A stretch of 63,575 nt of DNA from an uncultured Pseudomonadota bacterium (lineage in GTDB: Bacteria; Pseudomonadota; Alphaproteobacteria; Rs-D84). The first letter of the stretch is position 1. Every line of letters starts with the position of its first letter. Of the stretch, positions 35,622-45,378 are shown in pieces. The translations under genes and the position numbers were made by a program. The stretch spans positions 1 to 63,575 of the forward strand of contig CADAFS010000005.1 of assembly GCA_902787305.1 (NCBI GenBank), given 5' to 3'. Below the pieces are notes generated by a model. It saw only the letters and a program-made list of their open reading frames with translations. It did not search any database and had not been told where the DNA came from.

Positions 35622-38024
35622 TTTTCTCACCACAAAATTCACCAATTTTCTTGGCACGACAATGGTTTTGATTATTTCCGCACCATTCAGTTTTGTGGCA
35701 ACCGTATCACGCGCAATTTGTGCCAGATCCCCATCGGTCGCGTTCAAATCGGCAACAAATTCACCAACACGTTTGCCATTTATTGTTATTGCAAAGACGG
35801 CGGTTGTCTGAACCAATTTTGACGCATCAAATGTCGGCCACGGTTCAAAGACCAGCATATCGGTGTGCCCCAATTTTTCCCACATTTCTTCGGTCAAATG
35901 TGGCGCAAACGGATTTAACACCTGAATCAACACTTCATACGCCCGCCGTGGCATTTTCCCGCCCGAAAACGCGTTCAAAAATTCCATCATCGCCGAAATC
36001 GCGGTATTAAATTTCATTCCGTCCAACCGTTCGGTCACATCGGCCACCAGGCGATTTATCAGAATTTCTTGTTCCGCCGTTGGCGCATCGTCGGTTAGAT
36101 TATCACTTGCCGCCTCTACCCGGCGCAGGAAACGTTCAACCCCACGCAATGTATCTTCGGACCAATTCATATTATTCTGTTCCCATGGCGCAAGGTAAAG
36201 TATGGCCAGCCGGCACGCATCCGCGCCCACACGCGCCACCACATCGGACGACGGCACGACATTACCACGCGACTTTGACATTTTTTGCCCATCAGCCCCC
36301 ATAATAAGTCCGTTGCTGGTGCGCTTTTTATATGGCTCCACCCCCGGGACATAGCCCAAATCCGCCAACGCCTTGTACCAAAACCGTGAATAGAGCAAGT
36401 GGCGCGTTGTATGTTCCATTCCACCGTTATAATGATCAACCGGCATCCATTTGTCTAACTGCGCGCGCGAACAAAACTCTTTATCATTCCGCGGGTCAAG
36501 GTAACGCATAAAATACCACGATGACCCCGCCCATTGTGGCATAGTGTCCGTTTCACGACGCGCCGGGCCGCCACAGGCGGGGCAGGTTGTCTTTATCCAA
36601 TCCGTCGCCCGCGCAAGTGGACTTTCGCCGGTATCGGTTGGCTTGTAATCTTCCATATACGGTTGCAACAACGGCAATTCGGATTCAGGTACCGGTTGCC
36701 ACCCGCATTTTTCACAATACACCATCGGAATCGGTTCGCCCCAATACATTTGCCGCGAAAAGCCCCAATCTTTCAGTTTATATTTCTTGGTCCCGCGCGC
36801 AAAACCATGTTCGGTACCATACTTGATAGCGGCGGCAATCGCGGTATCTTTATCCATACCATCAAGGAAAGACGAATTTATATGTGTGCCGTCACCTTCC
36901 CATACTTTATCGGGTTCGCCACCCGAAAGAACCGGAATAATTTCCAACCCGAATTTCTTGGCAAAATCCCAGTCACGCGAATCATGTGCAGGCACCGCCA
37001 TAATCGCACCGAAACCATAGTCCGCCAAAACATAATCTGATATAAAGATTGGAATTTCACGACCATTAAACGGATTTGTTGCCATCACACCATCTAACTT
37101 TACGCCCGTCTTGTCTTTCGTAACATCTGTCCGTTCAATTTCAGATTTTGCCTTTGCCGCGGCGATATAGTCACGTACCGCCCCGGCATTTTTTATTTTG
37201 CCTTCATCCAACCATTTCTTTACCAATTTATGTTCCGGCGCAATAACACAGAACGTCACACCAAATATGGTATCCACGCGCGTGGTATAGACCGTCATAA
37301 TATCGTCACCGACCCGAAAATCCACATCTGCGCCATACGAACGCCCAATCCAATTGATTTGCATGGTTTTAACCTTTTCAGGGTAATCAACCAAAGCCAA
37401 ATCGTCGATTAAACGGTCCGCGTATTTTGTTATCGCCAAATTCCATTGCAATTTCATTTTCTTTTCAACCGGCCCATGACAACGTTCACAAGCCCCATCT
37501 TCCAATTCTTCGTTGGTAAGGTTCGTCTTGCAATTCGGGCACCAATTCATCGGCAATTCAGATTTATATGCCAAACCCGCACGCCAGAATTGAATAAACA
37601 TCCATTGTGTCCATTTGATATATTCCGCATCCGATGTCGCAATTTTTGATTCCGGGTCAAACGAAAGCCCCATAATGGAAATATCTTTTTCAAAGATTTC
37701 AATCAGTTCGGCCACCGAATCCCGTGGATGCTTTCCAATTTTGGTTGCGTATTTTTCAGACGAAATCCCCATAGAATCGTACCCAATCGGGAACAATACA
37801 TCAAATCCACGCATACGTTTATACCGCGCCATAACATCCATCCCCGTGTACGGCAACATATGCCCCACATGCAATCCCGAACCCGACGGAAAGGGAAATT
37901 CAATCAAATTATAGTATTTCGGCTTTGAACCGTCGTTTTTCGGCACAAACGCGCGCGCATCGCGCCATCGCGCCTGCCATTTTTCTTCGCGTTCAATCAC
38001 TTTCTTTATATCATCAGATGCCAT
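35616..38024 (-). CDS. leuS: leucine--tRNA ligase
   Basis: HVGH (GLHVGHMLPYT) and KMSKS (QKMSKSRGN) motifs, CP1 editing domain, 802 aa. Confidence 0.95.
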   Translation of the reverse strand: MASDDIKKVIEREEKWQARWRDARAFVPKNDGSKPKYYNLIEFPFPSGSGLHVGHMLPYTGMDVMARYKRMRGFDVLFPIGYDSMGISSEKYATKIGKHPRDSVAELIEIFEKDISIMGLSFDPESKIATSDAEYIKWTQWMFIQFWRAGLAYKSELPMNWCPNCKTNLTNEELEDGACERCHGPVEKKMKLQWNLAITKYADRLIDDLALVDYPEKVKTMQINWIGRSYGADVDFRVGDDIMTVYTTRVDTIFGVTFCVIAPEHKLVKKWLDEGKIKNAGAVRDYIAAAKAKSEIERTDVTKDKTGVKLDGVMATNPFNGREIPIFISDYVLADYGFGAIMAVPAHDSRDWDFAKKFGLEIIPVLSGGEPDKVWEGDGTHINSSFLDGMDKDTAIAAAIKYGTEHGFARGTKKYKLKDWGFSRQMYWGEPIPMVYCEKCGWQPVPESELPLLQPYMEDYKPTDTGESPLARATDWIKTTCPACGGPARRETDTMPQWAGSSWYFMRYLDPRNDKEFCSRAQLDKWMPVDHYNGGMEHTTRHLLYSRFWYKALADLGYVPGVEPYKKRTSNGLIMGADGQKMSKSRGNVVPSSDVVARVGADACRLAILYLAPWEQNNMNWSEDTLRGVERFLRRVEAASDNLTDDAPTAEQEILINRLVADVTERLDGMKFNTAISAMMEFLNAFSGGKMPRRAYEVLIQVLNPFAPHLTEEMWEKLGHTDMLVFEPWPTFDASKLVQTTAVFAITINGKRVGEFVADLNATDGDLAQIARDTVATKLNGAEIIKTIVVPRKLVNFVVRKV

Positions 38025-38178
38025 ATCGCGCCCCTTTGGAATAAATCGACAACGCCAAGATTACCAAACTTATCCCCGATTATCAAGTTTTTTATGTTTT
38101 CCCCATAAAAAGCACACAAACAACCACTTGCGTTTTTCTTACGAAACGGATATTATTCCTAAACAACGGAACCAAGAT

Positions 38179-38724
38179 ATGAAAAAACACCTGTTTGCAT
38201 CTGCACTTTTTATGATAATTACACATGCGGCAACCGCATCCACAATCGGCGACATTGGTGATTTTATTTCGTTCAAGGTTTTGCCCGTCTATTCATTTGG
38301 TGCAACGGTCTATAATTCTGATTGGGAAACATGGTACGATTATGATTGGCGTGGCCTGCGTGATTTAGTTGCGGCAAATTTGGTTAAAACCGCGGTCACC
38401 GATGGGTTAAAAGATCGCGTTCACGAAATGCGCCCGAATAAAATGGGCCTTGATAGCTTTCCATCTGGACATACCGCGAACGCATTTACAAATGCGGCAT
38501 TCGTACACCGTCGTTATGGCATCAATCAGGCAATTATACCTTACGCCTTGGCGGGATTTGTTGGTTTTTCACGTGTAGAATCACGTTGGCACTATACACA
38601 CGATGTTTTGGCGGGCGCGGCAATCGGTTTTCTATCGGGTTGGTTTTTCGCCGATAAAAAGGTTCAGGTTGGGGTTTCCGCGGACACCAATGGCGCATCG
38701 GTTCAAATTCACACAACATTTTAA
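38179..38724 (+). CDS. PAP2-family phosphatase (possible lipid phosphatase)
   Basis: Signal peptide. PAP2 tripartite motif: K...HEMRP, PSGH, SRVESRWHYTHD. Confidence 0.8.
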   Translation: MKKHLFASALFMIITHAATASTIGDIGDFISFKVLPVYSFGATVYNSDWETWYDYDWRGLRDLVAANLVKTAVTDGLKDRVHEMRPNKMGLDSFPSGHTANAFTNAAFVHRRYGINQAIIPYALAGFVGFSRVESRWHYTHDVLAGAAIGFLSGWFFADKKVQVGVSADTNGASVQIHTTF

Positions 38725-38765
38725 GAAATACTATTTGCGGTATAATAATACCATAACGATTTTTC

Positions 38766-38794
38766 TTGACTTTTCTGCGCGCTTGGGTAATAAT
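38766..38794 (+). promoter_or_regulatory. sigma70-like promoter of rplM-rpsI
   Basis: TTGACT-16/17 bp-TAATAAT. Confidence 0.55.
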
Positions 38795-38833
38795 GTGCCA
38801 CGAACTTTTAATAAAACAAAGGGTAAAACAAAA

Positions 38834-39307
38834 ATGGTGGCGACAAAATCGTTAAAAAAGTGCGAATTAGATGCAAAATGGTATCTGATTGACGCAACCG
38901 ATTGCACGCTGGGGCGTTTGGCGGCATATACCGCGAACATCTTGCGGGGCAAGAATAAACCAACATGGACACCGAACATGGATTGCGGCGATCATGTTAT
39001 CATTATCAATGCCGACCGGGTTGCACTTTCGGGGACCAAGGCCGACAAGACAAAATTCTATTGGCACACAACATATCCCGGCGGAATCAAAGAACGCACA
39101 TTGGGTCAAATGCGCGCTGAAAAACCGACATTATTGGTTAAAAATGCCGTTAAACGCATGATGGGTCGTCGCACTGCGGTTGCGTTGGCGGATAAACGCC
39201 TAACTAAACTGCATGTGTATGCGGGGGCGGAACATAAACATGCCGCACAAAATCCGGTTGTGATTGACTTTGCGGGATTGAATCGTAAAAACAAAAGGGG
39301 CGAATAA
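38834..39307 (+). CDS. rplM: 50S ribosomal protein L13
   Basis: WYLIDA....GRLA...A..LRGK.KP..TP..D.GD.VI..NA motif. ATG at 38834. Confidence 0.95.
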   Translation: MVATKSLKKCELDAKWYLIDATDCTLGRLAAYTANILRGKNKPTWTPNMDCGDHVIIINADRVALSGTKADKTKFYWHTTYPGGIKERTLGQMRAEKPTLLVKNAVKRMMGRRTAVALADKRLTKLHVYAGAEHKHAAQNPVVIDFAGLNRKNKRGE

Positions 39308-39849
39308 TGGCAACAGAGACAAAAAAGACAACCGCCAAGGCGACAACTGTAAAGAAAGCAGCCCCGGCAAAGAAAACGGCAACACCAAAGGCCACGACCA
39401 AGGCAACGGTTAAAACCGCCGCGGCGAAAAAATCCGCCACAACGGTTGCAACACCAAAATTAAACAACGCAATCTATGCCACGGGCAAGCGCAAGGATTC
39501 TGTGGCACGCGTATATATGTTGCCGGGCAAGGGCAACATCGTTATCAACGAACGCCCAATGGCCGAATATTTTCGCCGTCCGGTGCTGCAAATGATTTTG
39601 AATCAACCATTTGCGGTCACCAAACGCGAAGGTGCATACGACGTATTCGTCATGGTTATGGGCGGTGGTTTATCGGGCCAGGCGGGGGCGGTAAAACACG
39701 GAATTTCCAAGGCATTGGAAAAATCCGAACCGGATTTGCGCGCGGCGTTAAAGGCCGCCGGGTTCCTTACCCGCGATAGCCGTGTTGTCGAACGTAAACA
39801 CTATGGATATCACAAGGCACGTCGTTCAACACAGTTCAGCAAACGTTAA
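39307..39849 (+). CDS. rpsI: 30S ribosomal protein S9 with about 50-aa Lys/Ala/Thr-rich N-terminal extension
   Basis: The core GKRK.SVARV....G.G.I.IN and the C-terminal ...KARR..QFSKR are typical S9. Start overlaps the rplM stop (ATAATG). Confidence 0.9.
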   Translation: MATETKKTTAKATTVKKAAPAKKTATPKATTKATVKTAAAKKSATTVATPKLNNAIYATGKRKDSVARVYMLPGKGNIVINERPMAEYFRRPVLQMILNQPFAVTKREGAYDVFVMVMGGGLSGQAGAVKHGISKALEKSEPDLRAALKAAGFLTRDSRVVERKHYGYHKARRSTQFSKR

Positions 39850-39854
39850 TACAT

Positions 39855-39884
39855 GTGTTAGTGACGGGTGTAAGTGGATAGTAA
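39855..39884 (+). repeat. TAGTG-type array after rpsI
   Basis: gtgttagtgacgggtgtaagtggatagtaa, 6 nt after the TAA and before the terminator. Confidence 0.8.
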
Positions 39885-39911
39885 AACCGTCGGGAAACCG
39901 ACGGTTTTTTG
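39883..39911 (+). terminator. rho-independent terminator after rpsI
   Basis: aaaccgtcgg-gaa-accgacggttt followed by a T-run. Confidence 0.8.
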
Positions 39912-39919
39912 TCCACCAC

Positions 39920-39948
39920 TTGACAACAGGTTTGTTTGGTATTATAAT
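39920..39948 (+). promoter_or_regulatory. sigma70-like promoter for the 39974 CDS
   Basis: TTGACA-17 bp-TATAAT. The whole block ccacttgaca...gtttgt.tggtattata resembles the promoter at 59329. Confidence 0.6.
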
Positions 39949-39973
39949 AACACATATAAACACGGAGTTAAAT

Positions 39974-40456
39974 ATGAAAAACGACAGATTAGGCAGAGCT
40001 TTAAAAATTGGTACGTTATTAGCCATTGGTTTGGCATTACGCGCGAACGCAAAGGCCCAAGGTATTCCATTAGAAACATATTATGAAACAAACGAACCTT
40101 GTAAATTTATCAATAATAAATCACGGGTTGTTATAAATCATCGCGATACTTTACAGGTATACAGCATTGACACTATATACAGATTGGGCCAAGAAATGAT
40201 TGTTTGTGATTTGGGCCCAGGTAAAGATAAATTGATTTTTGATCCATATTATTATTTGAATAATCCTTGGTTACCACCCATTCAAAAAGGCGACACAGTA
40301 GCGTACCAGATGGTAGAACGCGATATAGATTTGGCGTATCTATTCCATTATTATGAAAACATGGGTGACGAGAAACGTCGTGATTCGGTGGAAACAGTCA
40401 TGTTAGAAAATCGTCAGGCACTTGCAAGGCGTGCGGTGATGAACTTTCAGAAATAA
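39974..40456 (+). CDS. secreted hypothetical protein (AT-rich orphan)
   Basis: Signal peptide LLAIGLALRANAKA. No family recognised. Confidence 0.5.
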   Translation: MKNDRLGRALKIGTLLAIGLALRANAKAQGIPLETYYETNEPCKFINNKSRVVINHRDTLQVYSIDTIYRLGQEMIVCDLGPGKDKLIFDPYYYLNNPWLPPIQKGDTVAYQMVERDIDLAYLFHYYENMGDEKRRDSVETVMLENRQALARRAVMNFQK

Positions 40457-40479
40457 TACTAAAAAAACAGAATTTACCA

Positions 40480-40506
40480 AAAACCGCCTTCGGGCGGTTT
40501 TTATTT
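40480..40506 (+). terminator. rho-independent terminator
   Basis: aaaccgcc-ttcg-ggcggttt followed by ttatttc. Confidence 0.75.
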
Positions 40507-40537
40507 CAAGAACGAATTCCATTTTTTCTAAAAAAAG

Positions 40538-40566
40538 TTGAATTTTCGAAAAAATGCGTGTATACT
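40538..40566 (+). promoter_or_regulatory. sigma70-like promoter of tig
   Basis: TTGAAT-17 bp-TATACT. Confidence 0.55.
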
Positions 40567-40598
40567 GGCGCGGAACATTTCACCCAAAGGAAAATATT

Positions 40599-41909
40599 AT
40601 GATAAAAAAAGATAAAATCAAAGATTTACATTATTCTGTGACCGGTGTCATTACCGCCGATGAATTGCAATCCGCCGCCGACAAAATTCTTGAAAAATAC
40701 GGTGCGGATGCCAAAATGCCGGGTTTTCGCAAGGGGCATGTGCCGCTTACCGTTTTGCGTCAAAAATATAACGCGTCCGCAATGGCCGATGCGATTGATA
40801 AGTTAATGAACGCGGATTTGGAAAAATACGCCACCGATAAAAAAATCCGCCTTGCCGGCGCGCCGCGTGCGGACGTGTCCAAATGGGAAATAGGGCGGGA
40901 TGCGGAATACACACTGGAATTTGATATTTTGCCGACATTACCGGCGATTGATTTGGAAAAAATCACCGTCACGAAAAAAGTGACAAAATTACCAGAATCC
41001 GAAGTTGAAACCGCAATCGAAAACCTGCGCCGGGCGCGCAGTGTCGCGGAAAAACAACCCGAAAATTACAAGGCGCAAAATGGCGACACCGCGGTTATTG
41101 ACTTTACCGGTTTTATGGATGACAAAGAATTCGAAGGTGGCGCGGCAAAGATGCATCACCTTGTCTTGGGTTCGGGGTCGTTTATCCCCGGTTTCGAAGA
41201 TCAAATTATCGGCCACAAATCGGGCGATGAATTTGATGTAAATGTAAAATTCCCAGCCGATTACCATGCGGACAATTTGGCGGGCAAACCCGCGCGTTTT
41301 GCAATAAAATTGCACGAGGTTCGAAAAAACATCTTGCCGGAATTAAATGACGATTTCGCACGTGAAATCGGCCAAGAATCGGTTGAAAAATTGCGTGAAC
41401 ATATCCGCAACATTTTGAACGAACAATATGAAAACGCCGCACAATCTGAAATGCGCAACGAATTGTTGGACACATTATCGGACAAAGTGAAACTTGATTT
41501 GCCGGAAACATTGGTGGACCAAGAATTACAAATGGCGAAAAACGAACACGAACATAAACATTCGCACTGTGACGGCGATTGCGATGGAAAATGCAAATTT
41601 GACGAGAAAAAAGAACGCAAGGAAGCCGAACGCCGTGTCAAACTGGGGCTGATATTGGCAGAGTGGGGCACACAAAACAAAGTCGAAGTTTCGCGTGACG
41701 ATTTGCAACAGGCAATTTGGGCAGAGGCATCACGTTACCCAGACCCCAAGCAAGTATTTGAATTTTATAATAAAAATCCAAACGCGCTTACCATGTTGCG
41801 TGGCATGATTTTCGAAAGAAAGGCGTTGGACGAAATGCTAACGCATGTGAAACAAAAAGAAAAATCGGTCAAACCCGAAGAATTGTTTCAGCAAGCATCA
41901 GTAAAATAA
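40599..41909 (+). CDS. tig: trigger factor
   Basis: N-terminal PGFRKGHVP ribosome-binding signature, FKBP-like middle (GFIPGFEDQ). The C-terminal domain carries a His/Cys/Asp-rich insert. Confidence 0.85.
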   Translation: MIKKDKIKDLHYSVTGVITADELQSAADKILEKYGADAKMPGFRKGHVPLTVLRQKYNASAMADAIDKLMNADLEKYATDKKIRLAGAPRADVSKWEIGRDAEYTLEFDILPTLPAIDLEKITVTKKVTKLPESEVETAIENLRRARSVAEKQPENYKAQNGDTAVIDFTGFMDDKEFEGGAAKMHHLVLGSGSFIPGFEDQIIGHKSGDEFDVNVKFPADYHADNLAGKPARFAIKLHEVRKNILPELNDDFAREIGQESVEKLREHIRNILNEQYENAAQSEMRNELLDTLSDKVKLDLPETLVDQELQMAKNEHEHKHSHCDGDCDGKCKFDEKKERKEAERRVKLGLILAEWGTQNKVEVSRDDLQQAIWAEASRYPDPKQVFEFYNKNPNALTMLRGMIFERKALDEMLTHVKQKEKSVKPEELFQQASVK

Positions 41910-41920
41910 AAGGAAATTAA

Positions 41921-42541
41921 ATGCTTTCACTGCGCTATCGATTGCTTCGTTTATTTTACGCAGCACTAGACAAATACAATCAACGTCGTGAAGCCAAGGC
42001 CGCCGCAGAACGTGCAAGGAACGAAGCGGAACGTGCCGAAAACGAAAAACGCGCCATCGCACGCCGCGAATATAAGGAACGTGAAGAAACACAAAATTTT
42101 TTGTTCTTGGCACTGTTGCAAACAATGTGCAAGGTATGCGAACAATTAAAACCGTTGCCGTGGGTTCATAAATATGGCGGTTGGAATCCAGGTTGGACCG
42201 TACGAGCGTTATATGAACGTGATAATCCCGTCCCAGAACAAACACTATATGAAATACACCGTCAAATCACCCCCCAGTATTACAACATAGAAGTACGTTC
42301 ACAAGACGGGAACACACTTTATGATTCATTGAATCTATTCGTTTCAGAAAAATATGTACCTTACGTTAACGCCGTGTTTGACCTGACCGCGCGTCGTAAC
42401 ATCTCATCATCCGAAAGGGCACAAAATCTGGAAGAATTAAAAAACATTGAAATAAAAAAATCAAGATATTGGGACAGCTATCCCGAAGCCCAGGCAATTA
42501 AATATCTTGAAGGTTTATTGTCCCAAAACCAATCAAAGTAA
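41921..42541 (+). CDS. hypothetical protein
   Basis: AAAGGAAA RBS and an Arg/Glu/Ala-rich helical N-terminus. No family recognised. Confidence 0.5.
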   Translation: MLSLRYRLLRLFYAALDKYNQRREAKAAAERARNEAERAENEKRAIARREYKEREETQNFLFLALLQTMCKVCEQLKPLPWVHKYGGWNPGWTVRALYERDNPVPEQTLYEIHRQITPQYYNIEVRSQDGNTLYDSLNLFVSEKYVPYVNAVFDLTARRNISSSERAQNLEELKNIEIKKSRYWDSYPEAQAIKYLEGLLSQNQSK

Positions 42542-42567
42542 AAACATCGCCAGAAATGGCGATTTTT

Positions 42568-43599
42568 TTATGGACAATCATCCAAAGAACCTATATAAAA
42601 AGTTCCCGTATCATCCGTATATGTCGTATGTCCATCATATTGACATTCTCCTACGTTTGTTGCACCATCGCTTTCCGTTGCAAAACCGGTTGGACATTGT
42701 TTACGACACGCACCCTGTGCCACGTTTCCCGTTGGCAAATCAAATTTTATCAAACATCCATCGGAATAATAGGGCGTCTGAACCTGAATACCACAGGTTA
42801 TAACACCCCAATTTCCACTACTGTTTGGGCGTGCATAAATATCCCCAGATGACGCATCCGTAATAGTTGGCAAATAGCCCGCAGGACACTTTTCACAATA
42901 TAAACGATCCACCATATATAAAATTGAATCATCCACCGATTGTACATTTTGATTTGGATACAACCCAACATGGGTTCCAAACTGTGTACACCGGAAATAA
43001 TCATTTAAATTGTTACTAACACTGGGAACATCACAGCTGCACCCCGAAACATCCCATTTGCCACTATTCCAAACCGCACTACCGCTTTGTGTTAAACAGG
43101 TAACCTGTCCAAAATTATATACTAAACTTGAAAAATCCCTGCACGCCCGCGTGTTTGAATAACAAGTATCGTTTTCAATGTGACAATTACCTGAAACCAA
43201 ATCCTGCGTTTCACCGGTTTCGATATTACATGCCTTTACTTTGGTACAGCCAGTTATTCCACCACAATTCTGCTGTTCATCCTTGCACAAAAAACCATAC
43301 CCCAATCCAGGGCAACCATCGGTATACCCCGCACAAAAACTCACTGACGCCGCATAACATCCACTGTCGCCGTATTGATTTGGGCAATAGGTAACCAGCC
43401 CCGTTCCATCACTGGTCTGTCCCGGCGGACACTGTGCACACCCGCAATCATTACATTCACTACCATACTGCAGGTCCAGATTACAAATCATATATTCCCC
43501 AGGATTACAAGTGTCTGCAAAAAGCATGCCACCCACACCCATAAACGGGAATCCGAAACATAATAAATATCGAAACAACCAAGATTTTAACAACCCCAC
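42568..43599 (-). CDS. secreted Cys-rich repeat protein (furin/VSP-like CxxC..CP.G modules)
   Basis: Signal peptide. About 40 Cys, with recurring C..C..CP.G... and C..QCPTGF patterns. Confidence 0.6.
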   Translation of the reverse strand: MGLLKSWLFRYLLCFGFPFMGVGGMLFADTCNPGEYMICNLDLQYGSECNDCGCAQCPPGQTSDGTGLVTYCPNQYGDSGCYAASVSFCAGYTDGCPGLGYGFLCKDEQQNCGGITGCTKVKACNIETGETQDLVSGNCHIENDTCYSNTRACRDFSSLVYNFGQVTCLTQSGSAVWNSGKWDVSGCSCDVPSVSNNLNDYFRCTQFGTHVGLYPNQNVQSVDDSILYMVDRLYCEKCPAGYLPTITDASSGDIYARPNSSGNWGVITCGIQVQTPYYSDGCLIKFDLPTGNVAQGACRKQCPTGFATESDGATNVGECQYDGHTTYTDDTGTFYIGSLDDCP

Positions 43600-43788
43600 T
43601 CCAACACCTTATAACACACTTGAAATTATACCACCGCCAATGCCACCCACGCAAGCGCAAAAAATGCAACAAAACAAAGATTTTGTCAACAAATTAATAT
43701 TTTATCGGTTTTTTAGCAACAAAATCGCCGCAAACCCGCAGAAACCCGCCATTTTTGCATTTTTTTTGAACAGAATAGGGCGGATTTC

Positions 43789-43820
43789 GGTGTAAGTAGA
43801 TAGTGTTAGTTGGTAGTGAC
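43789..43820 (+). repeat. TAGTG-type array upstream of the minus-strand 42568..43599 gene
   Basis: ggtgtaagtagatagtgttagttggtagtgac. Confidence 0.75.
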
Positions 43821-43860
43821 GCACAGTTTTGTATGCACCAGCATATTATTATTGAATCAT

Positions 43861-44150
43861 ATTATGTATAGTTTTATGAGTCCAAAGCGAATAAAACAAT
43901 CTCCATAACACACAGACATATTCGTAGCAACACACGAATTATTATATTATGTTTATAGGTTTATATCATACACCAGCATATAAAACGGATTTCTGCACCA
44001 CAAACTTATAAAACATTTTCCACCCACATTACGTATAGTTTTATCATGCGTCAGCATATAAAACAATTTTCACGACACACAAAAACATTTCCAGAGCCAT
44101 ATTTATGCATAGTTTTATCCATGCATCAGCATATAAAACTATACATAATA
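43861..44150. repeat. four degenerate 74-87-bp tandem units in an AT-rich non-coding region
   Basis: TATAG(T/G)TTTAT at 43867, 43954, 44034 and 44108. Each is followed within about 10-20 bp by (CAGCAT)ATAAAAC, forming GTTTTAT/ATAAAAC inverted repeats. Confidence 0.7.
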
Positions 44151-44283
44151 TATATTATGCGCCTTTTATATATCCACAAAAACACTGTCCCCCGCCATAT
44201 TTTTCATGATTTACAAAAACGCAAATTATTCCGTACAAACATTATATTATTTCCGTACACGAATACGCTTTCTCAACTTCTCG

Positions 44284-44310
44284 CTAACACTAACCACTAA
44301 CACTAATCAC
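44284..44310 (-). repeat. TAGTG-type array after prfA
   Basis: Minus-sense gtgattagtgttagtggttagtgttag, 4 nt after the TAA. Confidence 0.8.
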
Positions 44311-44313
44311 TCT

Positions 44314-45378
44314 TTATTCCATCGCCGCCAAACGTTCCAATTGGTCCGCCGCAATAAGTGCATCAATCATTTCATCTAAACCTTCACCACCCGCCAAAAT
44401 ATCATCCAATTTATAAAGCGTTAGTTTAATACGATGGTCCGTCACACGCTGTTCCGGGAAATTATAGGTGCGAATTTTCTCGCTGCGGTCGCCAGAACCA
44501 ACCATACTGCGCCGCGAACTAGTGCGCGCCGCATCTTGTTCTGCCCTTTGTTTTTCGTAAAGTTTTGACCGCAAAACCGCCATGGCGGTCGCCTTGTTTT
44601 GTATCTGACTGCGTTCATTTTGACATGTCACAACAATTCCAGTCGGAAAATGAGTGATACGCACCGCGCTGTCGGTCTTGTTCACGTGTTGCCCACCCGC
44701 GCCCGAAGCACGAAAAACATCGATACGGATATCTTTTTCTTCGATTGCGACATCGATATCCGCCGCTTCTGGCATAACAGCGACCGAAACCGCACTGGTA
44801 TGGATACGACCGCCCGCCTCTGTTTCCGGGACGCGTTGCACCCGATGAATACCGGATTCAAATTTCATACGCGCATACACGCCGTCGCCATCGATTTTGA
44901 ATATAATTTCCTTGTACCCGTGCAGCGATGTCGCGTTTTCTTCGATAATTTCAATTTTCCACCCGTGCCGCAACGCATAGGATTTATATTGATTAAACAA
45001 ATCGCCAGCAAACAGCGCGGATTCTTCGCCCCCCACCCCCGCGCGAATTTCCATAATTGCACTATTGTCGTCCGCATCGTCCCGCGGAAGCAAGGCAATC
45101 TGTAGCCGTTTTTCTATATCAGGCAAGGTGTGTTTAAGGTTTTCCAATTGTTCAACCGCAATGTCACGCAACTCTGCATCATGCTGCATTTCGGTCGCAT
45201 CGGCTATGCCCTGCTTTGTCGCAAAATACTCATCCACCAGTGGCAAAATTTCCGCCACATGCGAATACTCCTTGGATAATTTCGTCAGTTCTGCACCCGA
45301 AACATCACCCGAATTCATTTGCGATTGAATATCGGCGGCGCGTTTTTTTATGTCTAATAACTTCTGGTCTATTATCAT
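44314..45378 (-). CDS. prfA: peptide chain release factor 1
   Basis: GGQ motif ([15 protein letters not shown]) and the RF1-type PxT tripeptide (VPETE). Confidence 0.95.
   Translation of the reverse strand: MIIDQKLLDIKKRAADIQSQMNSGDVSGAELTKLSKEYSHVAEILPLVDEYFATKQGIADATEMQHDAELRDIAVEQLENLKHTLPDIEKRLQIALLPRDDADDNSAIMEIRAGVGGEESALFAGDLFNQYKSYALRHGWKIEIIEENATSLHGYKEIIFKIDGDGVYARMKFESGIHRVQRVPETEAGGRIHTSAVSVAVMPEAADIDVAIEEKDIRIDVFRASGAGGQHVNKTDSAVRITHFPTGIVVTCQNERSQIQNKATAMAVLRSKLYEKQRAEQDAARTSSRRSMVGSGDRSEKIRTYNFPEQRVTDHRIKLTLYKLDDILAGGEGLDEMIDALIAADQLERLAAME

Noticed and set aside
43861-44150. CRISPR array.
   Set aside because: The repeats are degenerate, AT-rich and irregularly spaced (74-87 bp), with no conserved direct repeat plus unique spacer structure. 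There are no cas genes in the window.
43600-44313. Chromosomal replication origin.
   Set aside because: I see only one or two weak DnaA-box-like sequences (for example ATATCCACA at about 44171) and no TTAA-N7-TTAA CtrA sites. No dnaA, hemE or parAB context is present, so the evidence is insufficient.
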